DNA of 64,000 nucleotides from Clostridia bacterium (GTDB lineage: Bacteria; Bacillota; Clostridia; Christensenellales; UBA1242). This document shows positions 1 through 8,094 of this stretch, piece by piece. The translations under genes and the position numbers were made by a program. The DNA is taken from contig CAAGAO010000018.1 in the NCBI GenBank assembly GCA_900767835.1, positions 125 to 64,124 on the forward strand. The letters are read 5' to 3'. The notes beneath the pieces were generated by a model, which did not search any database, was not told where the DNA came from, and saw only the letters and a list, made by a program, of their open reading frames with translations. The stretch's first letter is position 1, and each line of letters begins with the position of its first letter.

Positions 1-51
1 TAAGTTTTTTGCATTAATTGTTTCGGCAATAACAATTAAATGTTTCGTGGC

Positions 52-96
52 AAAAAGTATGGCATAATACGTTTTTGGTATTGTGCCATACTTTTT
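52..96. terminator. bidirectional rho-independent terminator-like hairpin
   Basis: Stem 57-91 (GTATGGCA-t-AATAC / GTATT-g-TGCCATAC, 13 bp with two 1-nt bulges, 7-nt loop), flanked by A5 (52-56) and T5 (92-96). Confidence 0.5.
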
Positions 97-183
97 GTTC
101 TTCCTCTATTAATGTTCATTATTGTTATTTTATATTTTTTATTATATTAGTCAATAACTGTATGTCATTTTTTTGTGTAGTAG

Positions 184-295
184 GGCGAGGTGTTGCGTTG
201 CCAAGCCTTTTGGCTTGGCAAGGTTTTCTTTTTTTTCAAAAAAAAGAAAACAAAAATTTTGCCAAAGGCAAAATTTTGCAACGCCGAGCCTTTTT
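184..295. other. structured intergenic element: closing helix plus three hairpins (four-way junction), followed by T5
   Basis: Closing helix 184-196/278-290. Hairpins 198-221, 223-251 and 253-277. T-run 291-295. The closing helix is G+C-rich in AT-rich DNA. Confidence 0.5.
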
Positions 296-310
296 GAGTA
301 AGTGCTTATT

Positions 311-823
311 TTAAATTAATCTACAAACAAGGCAAGATAAAACGGAGCCAAAAATACTAGCCATAAGTCCAACAGGTATAGCATAACCTAGTTTTTTAAT
401 TGATGTTTTTGATGTATAAACGGTTGTGACATAAAAAAGTGTTTCGCTAGAACCAAGTATGCAAGATGCACACCTAGAAATATATGAGTCAACCCCATAT
501 TTTACATATATATCATTTAAAAGTGCAAAACTACCAGAACCTGTGAAAGGTCTAAGTAGAACAAGTTCACACACTTCATTTGGAATACCTAAAAAATTAA
601 AAATAGGGGATAAAATTTTTATAAGGATATCACAAAGTCCGCTTGCCCTAAAAAGAGCAACAGCGACCATAATCGTTACTATATACGGAAAGATATCAAG
701 GCAAAGTTGAAACGCGTTTTTAGAACCACTTATGAAAGTTTTATACACATTTACTTTTTTAAATAAAGCATATGTAAATAAGAAGATAATAAAAACGGGA
801 AGAATATACACACTTATTTTCAT
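311..823 (-). CDS. spmB: spore maturation protein B (nucleoside-recognition-domain membrane protein)
   Basis: 170-aa multi-pass hydrophobic ORF overlapping the upstream spmA-like ORF by 4 nt. Size, order and motifs (LLRPFTGSGSFALLNDIY, GSSETLFYV) fit SpmB as I recall it. Confidence 0.7.
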   Translation of the reverse strand: MKISVYILPVFIIFLFTYALFKKVNVYKTFISGSKNAFQLCLDIFPYIVTIMVAVALFRASGLCDILIKILSPIFNFLGIPNEVCELVLLRPFTGSGSFALLNDIYVKYGVDSYISRCASCILGSSETLFYVTTVYTSKTSIKKLGYAIPVGLMASIFGSVLSCLVCRLI

Positions 824-1389
824 TTTTTATTCTTCCTTTTAAATAGATTTATCAAAAAAACAATAGAAATAGCAAAAAGGCAAGTGAGTATACTTGAAAT
901 GATAATAGGCAAAATAATATCGCTAGAATTTTGGCTACCAGCGGACTCTCTCAGACCTATAATTGTGGTTGGCAAAAGTTGAATAGATACCGAATTTATA
1001 ACGAGTAGCATTATTGCTGAAAAACTAGCCCTAGAAGAGCCGTCATCAAGTTTTTGCATTGCTTTTATTCCGCTAGGAGTTGATGCATTGCCTAAGCCTA
1101 ATATATTTGATGCCATATTAATTGCAATATATTTGTTAGCCTCCTCATTATCAGATTTAAACAAAAATTTAATTATTGGCGATAATAATTTTTCTAATTT
1201 TTGTCCAAGTCCGCTTTTATCGACAATTTCTAAAATTCCTAACCAAACGGCATATATTCCTAAAAGATTAATACATAACTCCACAGTGTTTTTGCTAGCT
1301 GACAACATTTCTTGCAAAATTGCATTAGGGTTTTTAAACAGCAACAATACCAAACTTGGAAGTATCATACAAAACCATACCTTGCTCAT
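820..1389 (-). CDS. spmA: spore maturation protein A (nucleoside-recognition-domain membrane protein)
   Basis: 189-aa membrane ORF directly upstream of, and translationally coupled to, spmB. Motifs (VWLGILEIVDKSGL, NILGLGNASTPSGIKAM) are typical of SpmA. Confidence 0.7.
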   Translation of the reverse strand: MSKVWFCMILPSLVLLLFKNPNAILQEMLSASKNTVELCINLLGIYAVWLGILEIVDKSGLGQKLEKLLSPIIKFLFKSDNEEANKYIAINMASNILGLGNASTPSGIKAMQKLDDGSSRASFSAIMLLVINSVSIQLLPTTIIGLRESAGSQNSSDIILPIIISSILTCLFAISIVFLINLFKRKNKK

Positions 1390-1446
1390 ACTTTATATAT
1401 ATGTGAGTTGTAAATAATTAATGAACTTATCATTTAGCAAAAATGT

Positions 1447-1476
1447 TTGCAAGTTATTGTAAAGGTGTGTTAAAAT
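1447..1476 (+). promoter_or_regulatory. sigma-A-type promoter candidate for the dnaB-like/dnaI operon
   Basis: TTGCAA (1447-1452), 18-nt spacer, TGt-TAAAAT extended -10 (1468-1476). About 40 nt upstream of the 1516 start. Confidence 0.35.
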
Positions 1477-1515
1477 TTAGTTGTAAAAATATATCATACT
1501 AAAAGAAGAATAGTT

Positions 1516-2976
1516 ATGCCTTTTTGTCAATTTTCATCGGAAAGTGTTATTTCTAACACTACTAATGTGGATAATATTTTCATAAATGAATTTTTGCCTT
1601 ACGCCAATGATGCTTGCGTTAAGGTTTATTTGTATGGGCTTTATAAATGTCACACTCCAAACACATATGATAACACCTTAGACTCCTTTGCAAACATTTT
1701 AGGTATGAATACTGAAGATGTTTATTCTGCCTTTTTATATTGGCAAGACCAGGGGCTTGTGCAAGTTCTTGCAACTGAACCTTTTGAGGTCATATATAAT
1801 CCAGTTAAAAGTGCAATTTCCACTACAAAAAAGTATAACAAAGAAAAATATACCGATTTTAATATGCAACTAGAAGCTATTTTAAAGGGCAGAAACATCA
1901 CATTAAATGAGTATTATCAATATTACGAATTTATGGAAGTTTATCATATGGAACCTTCAGCACTTATTTTGATTATAGAATATTGTGTTCGTGCAAAAGG
2001 TGTAAAAATTGGATATAATTATATTTTAACCATTGCTAAAAGTTGGGCATATGACGGTTTGACATCTTTTGAAAAAGTTGACGCAAAACTACAAGAACTT
2101 GAACAAAACACTTCCGAAATTGGTGAACTTTTTGATGCTGTTGGCATTAAGAGAGTTGCAAGCCTTGACGAAAAAGAACTACTTAATAAATGGAAAAATG
2201 AATACGGATTTTCTTTTGATACAATACTTGGTGTTTGCAAACTTTATAAAAAGAAAAAGTTTAAACTTAGCAATCTTGAAAAATTAGACAATATTTTATC
2301 TAAGTACTATGAAATGAAATTGTCATCTTTAAAAGAAATTGAAAATTATGAAAGTGAAAAAGAAGGACTATATAAAATTAGTAGACAAATTTGTAAAGAT
2401 TTAGGCTTATATTATGATAATATTGAACCAGTTAGTTCCAACTATACACAAAAATGGGTACTTATGGGCTTTGGAGATGAAGTGCTTTTTGCCATTGCTA
2501 ATTATTGTTTCAAATCTTCCATTAGGAGTCTTGACGGTATGGACGCCATAATTAACAAATTTTATAAACTTGGCATTATCACCAATGATGCATTAAATCA
2601 ATATTTTGATAACATTTTAAAAACGGATAATCAAATTAAGCAAATTTTGGATAGTTTAGGTATTGTTCGTAATGTTAACAAGTTTGATAGAGATTTCTAT
2701 AAAACTTGGGTCACTGAATGGCAAATGCCAGATGAACTTATTAATTATGCCATAGAACTTTCAAAAGACAAGTTCAATCCTATGCAATATTTAAATAAAC
2801 TATTGTCGCTTTGGCATACAAATAATGTTAAAGATATTGATGATTGCAAAAAATATGTAATTGAAGAAAAGTTGCAAGTAAAACCGTCAAAACAAACACG
2901 AAATTACTCAAACCGCGATTATTCCAAAACCGACCTAAATGCACTTTTTGATAACTTGGAAGAAGTGGAATTATAA
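1516..2976 (+). CDS. DnaD-domain replication initiation/membrane attachment protein (B. subtilis DnaB-like helicase-loader partner)
   Basis: 486-aa ORF immediately upstream of a DnaI-like ATPase, as in the B. subtilis dnaB-dnaI operon. Two DnaD-like repeat regions (NEFLPYANDACVKVYLYGLY; GMDAIINKFYKLGI). Confidence 0.6.
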   Translation: MPFCQFSSESVISNTTNVDNIFINEFLPYANDACVKVYLYGLYKCHTPNTYDNTLDSFANILGMNTEDVYSAFLYWQDQGLVQVLATEPFEVIYNPVKSAISTTKKYNKEKYTDFNMQLEAILKGRNITLNEYYQYYEFMEVYHMEPSALILIIEYCVRAKGVKIGYNYILTIAKSWAYDGLTSFEKVDAKLQELEQNTSEIGELFDAVGIKRVASLDEKELLNKWKNEYGFSFDTILGVCKLYKKKKFKLSNLEKLDNILSKYYEMKLSSLKEIENYESEKEGLYKISRQICKDLGLYYDNIEPVSSNYTQKWVLMGFGDEVLFAIANYCFKSSIRSLDGMDAIINKFYKLGIITNDALNQYFDNILKTDNQIKQILDSLGIVRNVNKFDRDFYKTWVTEWQMPDELINYAIELSKDKFNPMQYLNKLLSLWHTNNVKDIDDCKKYVIEEKLQVKPSKQTRNYSNRDYSKTDLNALFDNLEEVEL

Positions 2977-2987
2977 AAGGAATAAAG

Positions 2988-3881
2988 ATGAACGATAAAA
3001 TATTAAAAAAAGCGATGGCAAGAATTGATGCAAAAAGACATTTTGCTGACGATAGAGCAAGAGAAAATCTTTTACATGCATATAAAAATCCAAAATTTAA
3101 AGAACTTTATAATAAAGAACGCGAAATGGAAATTGAGATTGCTAGAAAAGAGGCTTATGGGGAACCATATTCAACAAAAGAACTTACACTATTAAATCAA
3201 CAAATTGAATTTTGCCTAAAAGATATGGGGCTTAATGGTACTGACATTAAACCTAATTATGAGTGCAAGGAATGCTCTGATACTGGATATGTTGCAGGCG
3301 TACCTTGTGACTGTCTAAAAAAAGAAATAAATAAAGAACTTATGGCTTATAGCGGTTTTACTCATAAACTCGCGACCTTTGAAGATAGCGAAATAAATAA
3401 TCCCGCTTACGAATTAATGCAAAAATGGTGCGATGTCAAAAATGATAAAATTAATGTCTTAATTTGTGGGCATACTGGCACTGGTAAAACGTTTTTAACT
3501 GAATGTGTGGCAAGTAGGCTAATGAAAAAAAACAGATTAGTACTATTTACAACCGCATTTAATTTAAATAATGCAATGTTCAATTACCATATCAGTCTAG
3601 ATGCTAATCGAGATGAAATTATCAAACCATATATGGAAAGTGAAGTTCTAATTATAGACGATTTAGGTTCGGAACCAATAAAGAAAAATGTCACTCAAGA
3701 ATATCTGTATTTAATTGTAAACGAAAGAATGATGAATCGTTTGTCAACAATAATTACTACAAATCTTATGCCAAAGGATATTATGGAAACCTATGGAGAA
3801 AGGCTTGCATCTCGTTTGTTTAATAAAAAAACATCAATTTTGATTAACTTAGAGGGTGATGATTTAAGATTAAAAAAATAA
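2988..3881 (+). CDS. dnaI: primosomal helicase loader DnaI (IstB/DnaC-like AAA+ ATPase)
   Basis: N-terminal Cys cluster (CKECSDTGYVAGVPCDC), Walker A GHTGTGKTFL, Walker B LIIDDLG. Size of 297 aa and position after the dnaB-like gene also fit. Confidence 0.75.
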   Translation: MNDKILKKAMARIDAKRHFADDRARENLLHAYKNPKFKELYNKEREMEIEIARKEAYGEPYSTKELTLLNQQIEFCLKDMGLNGTDIKPNYECKECSDTGYVAGVPCDCLKKEINKELMAYSGFTHKLATFEDSEINNPAYELMQKWCDVKNDKINVLICGHTGTGKTFLTECVASRLMKKNRLVLFTTAFNLNNAMFNYHISLDANRDEIIKPYMESEVLIIDDLGSEPIKKNVTQEYLYLIVNERMMNRLSTIITTNLMPKDIMETYGERLASRLFNKKTSILINLEGDDLRLKK

Positions 3882-4007
3882 GATAAATATTTATAATTAT
3901 TAAGTAGCGATTTTAAGTAATTAATTAAGAATAAATTGTCCTATTAGTTTACCTTTTATTTGTCTAAATTAAAAGATTGTTATAATTATCAACACAAGGA
4001 GAAAATT

Positions 4008-4595
4008 ATGGAAGTTGAACAAAATAAACAAAAATTTTTAGAAATTGCAAAAACAAATATTAAAAGGGAGGGCATTGACCAATTACTAGATTTTTTGCAA
4101 AAAAGTGATTTTTTTGATGCTCCAGCAAGCACAAAATTTCACTTGGCAGAGGAGGGTGGTCTTTGCGAACATTCTCTAAATGTATATAATAGATATTTAA
4201 ACCTTTTAAAAAATGAATATGGCGAAAATTGGCAAGAAAAATTAAGTTTAGAAAGTGCAACAATAATTGCTCTTTTCCACGATATTTGCAAAGCCAATAC
4301 CTATAAAACCGAGTATAGAAATGTGAAAGAAGATGGTGTTTGGGTCCAAAAACCATACTATTCTGTTGCAGATTCTTTGCCATATGGTCACGGCGAAAAA
4401 TCTGTATATATTATCAATGGCTTTTTAAGGCTCACAAGAGAGGAGGCAATGGCTATAAACTGGCATATGGGTGGTTTTGATGCTAGGGTTAAAGGGGGCT
4501 TTTTCGGTCTTGAAAATGTTTATTATACATATCCAACAGCACTGTTAATATATATTGCTGATGTTGAAGCAACATATCTAGATGAACATATGTAA
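4008..4595 (+). CDS. HD-domain phosphohydrolase family protein
   Basis: HD-type motifs (HLAEEGGLCEHSLNV, LFHDICK, HGEKS). Start moved to ATG 4008, which has AGGAG 7 nt upstream. Confidence 0.6.
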   Translation: MEVEQNKQKFLEIAKTNIKREGIDQLLDFLQKSDFFDAPASTKFHLAEEGGLCEHSLNVYNRYLNLLKNEYGENWQEKLSLESATIIALFHDICKANTYKTEYRNVKEDGVWVQKPYYSVADSLPYGHGEKSVYIINGFLRLTREEAMAINWHMGGFDARVKGGFFGLENVYYTYPTALLIYIADVEATYLDEHM

Positions 4596-5102
4596 AATTG
4601 ATGAAGATTAAAAAATGATAATTGATAATTGTTGTTTAATTTAGGATAGTTGTTATGTAAAGTTTTTTATTATTAAATTATATTAATAATTTGTATAAAA
4701 ATCGAAAGTTTTTTACGCTTTTATTTTTGGGGATAAATATTTAGTATCTATCCTTTTTTATTACATAAGGTTTGATTAACAATATTTTGCAAGTTGTTTG
4801 CTATAGCGGAAAATAAATTTTTATATGTATTTATCTCGGCTATGCTTTTATTTTCAGCAATATTTATTGCAATTATTGAGGCGATTAATATTAATTTGTT
4901 TGGCGAAATATCCATAATAATATTTATGAATATTATTCAACATTAGTTAAATAATATTTTTTTAAATTATTTTTTAATATTATTATTTGTACGACAAAGA
5001 TTGTATCTACAAATTAATTTATTAGTGCAAGAAATCAAAAAAAATATAATATTTTTAAGTTGTGTTTGTCATATATTTTTTATTTCAGTCATAGTGTACA
5101 TT

Positions 5103-6593
5103 ATGAAAAGAAAAAAATTATTTTTTATATGTTGTGGCGTTGCGATTTCAATTATTGCGGGAGTTTTTGCTATATGTGCGAACCATTTATCTTTAGATGA
5201 TGACTATTGCTATTACAAACAAACTTTAGTTTTTAGTGACGAGTCTAAAACATTGGAAGGTAAAGAAACGGTAGGGTTCTATAACTATACCGACCAAATT
5301 TTAACAAAGGTATATTTGCATCTATATCCTAACGCATTTAAAGAGGGAAACAAAGCAAAAGTTGTAAGTTTGGCAAATGAGATTAAAGCATATCCAAATG
5401 GCAAAAGTTATGGAGAGATTAATATTGAAAGTGTGAATTCTGGCGAAACCTCTTTATCATATGAAATTGGTGGAGAAGATGAAAATATACTTATTATAGA
5501 TATGGGGCAAGAATTATATCCGCAAGATACTTTTGTGTTTGAAATAGGTTTTTCTACAATACTTGCAAACATTAACCATCGCTTAGGTTATGGTAATAAT
5601 ACAATAAATCTTTGCAATTATTATCCTATTTTGTGCGTGTATAACAATGGCGAGTATATGACCGATTTGTATCATTCAAATGGTGACCCTTTTTACAGCA
5701 AAATTGCAAACTATAGTGTTGAAATAACATATCCTAAAAACTACACTTTAGCAAGTTCAGGTGTGCAAACAATTAAAGATGATGGCAATTTGTCGGTCGC
5801 AAAAATCAATGCAGAAAAAGTCCGCGATTTTGCAATGGTCCTTTCTGAAAAATATACCACAATGTGCGATACTTACGGTTCGACCAAGTTATATTATTAT
5901 TACTACAATGATTCATCTCCAACCGAAACAATGCAAGTTGTTAAAAAAGTTTTAGATATGAATAAAAAATATGGCAATTACCCATATGCAACACTTTCTG
6001 TTTGTGAAGCAAATTTTGTTCATGGCGGAATGGAATATCCAAATATTGTGCTAATTAGTGATGATTTGAATGATGGTGAAACATATAAAAATGTTGTTGT
6101 TCACGAACTTTGTCATCAATGGTGGTATGGTCTGGTAGGTAATAATCAATATTTATATGGCTTTTTAGATGAGGGCTTGACCGATTTTAATACGGCATTA
6201 TTTTATGACATATATCCAGAATATAATCATTCTAGCAAGGAAATTTTTGCTAATGCAGAAAAATCATATACAAACTTTGTAAAGGTGTATAGTGATGTTG
6301 TTCCCGATTTTTCTACAAAAATGATTAGAAAACTTAATGAGTTTTCAACTGAAAGCGAATATACATATATTGCATATGTAAAGGGAATGCTTATGTTCTC
6401 TAATTTAAACGATTTACTTGGTACAAAAAAAATGACTAAATGTTTAAAATATTACTTTGAATGTAATAAATTCAAAGAGGCGACTCCACAAGATTTAGTA
6501 GACGCATTTACAAAAGCAGGTAGTAAAGATTTGGAAAGTTTTTTTGATTCTTGGTTTAATGGGAAAGTTAGTATTGTTCAAGTAAAAAATTAA
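5103..6593 (+). CDS. M1-family zinc metallopeptidase, membrane-anchored
   Basis: HELCH-X18-E zinc motif (HELCHQWWYGLVGNNQYLYGFLDEG) plus the upstream GGMEYP (GxMEN-like) motif. N-terminal signal anchor MKRKKLFFICCGVAISIIAGVF. The TTG-initiated extension from 5001 is probably not translated. Confidence 0.75.
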   Translation: MKRKKLFFICCGVAISIIAGVFAICANHLSLDDDYCYYKQTLVFSDESKTLEGKETVGFYNYTDQILTKVYLHLYPNAFKEGNKAKVVSLANEIKAYPNGKSYGEINIESVNSGETSLSYEIGGEDENILIIDMGQELYPQDTFVFEIGFSTILANINHRLGYGNNTINLCNYYPILCVYNNGEYMTDLYHSNGDPFYSKIANYSVEITYPKNYTLASSGVQTIKDDGNLSVAKINAEKVRDFAMVLSEKYTTMCDTYGSTKLYYYYYNDSSPTETMQVVKKVLDMNKKYGNYPYATLSVCEANFVHGGMEYPNIVLISDDLNDGETYKNVVVHELCHQWWYGLVGNNQYLYGFLDEGLTDFNTALFYDIYPEYNHSSKEIFANAEKSYTNFVKVYSDVVPDFSTKMIRKLNEFSTESEYTYIAYVKGMLMFSNLNDLLGTKKMTKCLKYYFECNKFKEATPQDLVDAFTKAGSKDLESFFDSWFNGKVSIVQVKN

Positions 6594-6691
6594 ATAATAG
6601 AAAATTATTTTGTCTTTAGAATATATTTAGATTTTAAATGTGTAATTCTATAAAATTTATTTATCCATTTTAAGTTAATATAATTTTAAGT

Positions 6692-6734
6692 GAAAGAATG
6701 CTTTTTGTTAATAGATATTCTTTCTCTTTTTTTT
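6692..6734 (+). terminator. rho-independent terminator after the M1 peptidase gene
   Basis: GAAAGAAT/ATTCTTTC 8-bp stem (6692-6699/6717-6724) followed by a TCT8 run. Confidence 0.5.
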
Positions 6735-6741
6735 GCTTTTG

Positions 6742-6770
6742 TTGACAATAAATTTGCGAGTTGTTAAAAT
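6742..6770 (+). promoter_or_regulatory. sigma-A-type promoter, consensus -35 and extended -10
   Basis: TTGACA (6742-6747), 17-nt spacer, TGt-TAAAAT (6762-6770). The ATG of the next ORF (6777) lies 7 nt after the -10. Confidence 0.45.
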
Positions 6771-6776
6771 AGAAGT

Positions 6777-7520
6777 ATGGAAAATAAAGATATACTTTTT
6801 GTGGTGCTACTTTATAAAAACGAGAATTTTCAAGTTAGAGCACCTTATGATTTAGAAATTTTAGGCAAAAAAATGTGGCAATGGGTTTCGATGGCGGGGG
6901 AAGGTTTTGATGTTAAGACAACACCTTGCACAAAAGATAGCGATGTTGTAAAACTTGTAAAACCATATTTAAGAGAGCAACATCAATATGTTGTTGTGCT
7001 TTATAGTGATACTCCGTTAATATCAAAAGCAAATGTGAACGAAATTTTGGATTATTTTAGATATCATAATTTAAATGTATTAAAATTAAAACGAGGATAT
7101 GTTTTTGATGCAGATTATTTAAAATCTTGCGAAGGAATTATGGCGACTGAAAACAAACTTTTTGATGGCGATGAGTTTGAACCTATTGATAGTTATGAAA
7201 AATTGTACGAAGTAACTAAAAAATTACAAAAATCAATTCTAGATTTTCACATACTTAACGGGATTCAAATTCTAGATAAAGATACAACATACATTGATGC
7301 AGATGTCGTCATAGAAAAAGGTTGTGTGATTTACCCTAATAATAATATAAAAGGCAATTCATACTTAGACGAAAATGTAGTTTTAGAACCAAACAATATT
7401 ATTAAAGATAGTATAATATCCAAAAATGTAATTGTAAGAAGTTCATATGTATCAAATAGTCGAATAAATGAAAATGTTATTGTCGGACCTTTTGAAGCGG
7501 TGATTGATAAAAATGTGTAA
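6777..7520 (+). CDS. GlmU-like protein, truncated and degenerate (nucleotidyltransferase fold plus short left-handed beta-helix)
   Basis: VVLYSDTPLIS resembles the GlmU (V)LYGDxPLI motif. The C-terminal hexapeptide-like repeats (IDADVVIEKGCVIYPNNNIKGNSYLDENVVLEPNNIIKDSIISKNVIV) and the position upstream of pth-mfd match Bacillus gcaD. It is only 247 aa and has no LAAGxGTRM-type N-terminal motif. Confidence 0.5.
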   Translation: MENKDILFVVLLYKNENFQVRAPYDLEILGKKMWQWVSMAGEGFDVKTTPCTKDSDVVKLVKPYLREQHQYVVVLYSDTPLISKANVNEILDYFRYHNLNVLKLKRGYVFDADYLKSCEGIMATENKLFDGDEFEPIDSYEKLYEVTKKLQKSILDFHILNGIQILDKDTTYIDADVVIEKGCVIYPNNNIKGNSYLDENVVLEPNNIIKDSIISKNVIVRSSYVSNSRINENVIVGPFEAVIDKNV

Positions 7521-7533
7521 AAAGAAGGTAAAT

Positions 7534-8061
7534 ATGAAATTAATTGTAGGTCTGGGCAATATTGATAGAAAATATGATAAAACATATCATAATGTTGGCT
7601 TTAGAGCCATTGACCATTTTGCCGAAATGTTAGGGGCACACTTTACCAAAACTATGTGTGATGCAGTTTTGGCTGAAAGTTATTATAATGGACAAAAATT
7701 GCTTTTAATAAAACCAACAACATATATGAATTTAAGCGGTATTGCAGTAAGAGAGTTTTGCCAAAAGTTTAAAATTGATATAAAAGATGTCTATGTCTTT
7801 GTTGATGATATTGATTTGCCTCTTGGTAAAATTCGTTACCGTGAGTCTGGTAGCGGTGGTACGCATAATGGATTAAAAAGCATAGTTAATGAAACTGGTT
7901 CTCTTGATTTTAAACGTTTTAAAATTGGCATTGGTAGAGATGAAAAGTTTGAAAATTTAGCCGATTTTGTGTTAAGCAAAATACCACAAGAAAAACTAGA
8001 AATTATTGATGGCGAAATTGATGAAGCATGTAAAATGCTAATAAAAATGCTAGATGTATAA
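7534..8061 (+). CDS. pth: peptidyl-tRNA hydrolase
   Basis: MKLIVGLGNIDRKYDKTYHNVGF, TYMNLSG and GGTHNGLKS are canonical Pth motifs. Start set at ATG 7534. Confidence 0.9.
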   Translation: MKLIVGLGNIDRKYDKTYHNVGFRAIDHFAEMLGAHFTKTMCDAVLAESYYNGQKLLLIKPTTYMNLSGIAVREFCQKFKIDIKDVYVFVDDIDLPLGKIRYRESGSGGTHNGLKSIVNETGSLDFKRFKIGIGRDEKFENLADFVLSKIPQEKLEIIDGEIDEACKMLIKMLDV

Positions 8062-8094
8062 AAACAATTAAAATGTTGTGTAAAAGGATATAGT

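Noticed and set aside
75-314. 79-aa plus-strand ORF at the window start
   Set aside because: It runs straight through the multi-hairpin element at 184-295. It has no RBS and a low-complexity, Phe/Cys-rich translation, so it is most likely non-coding.
4794-4946. Possible 50-aa very hydrophobic peptide (TTG start; …LYVFISAMLLFSAIFIAIIEAINI…) in the ~500-nt AT-rich gap between the HD-domain and M1 peptidase genes
   Set aside because: It has no Shine-Dalgarno sequence and a non-ATG start, and hydrophobic translations arise easily from T-rich DNA. I would revisit it only if ribosome profiling or conservation supports it.
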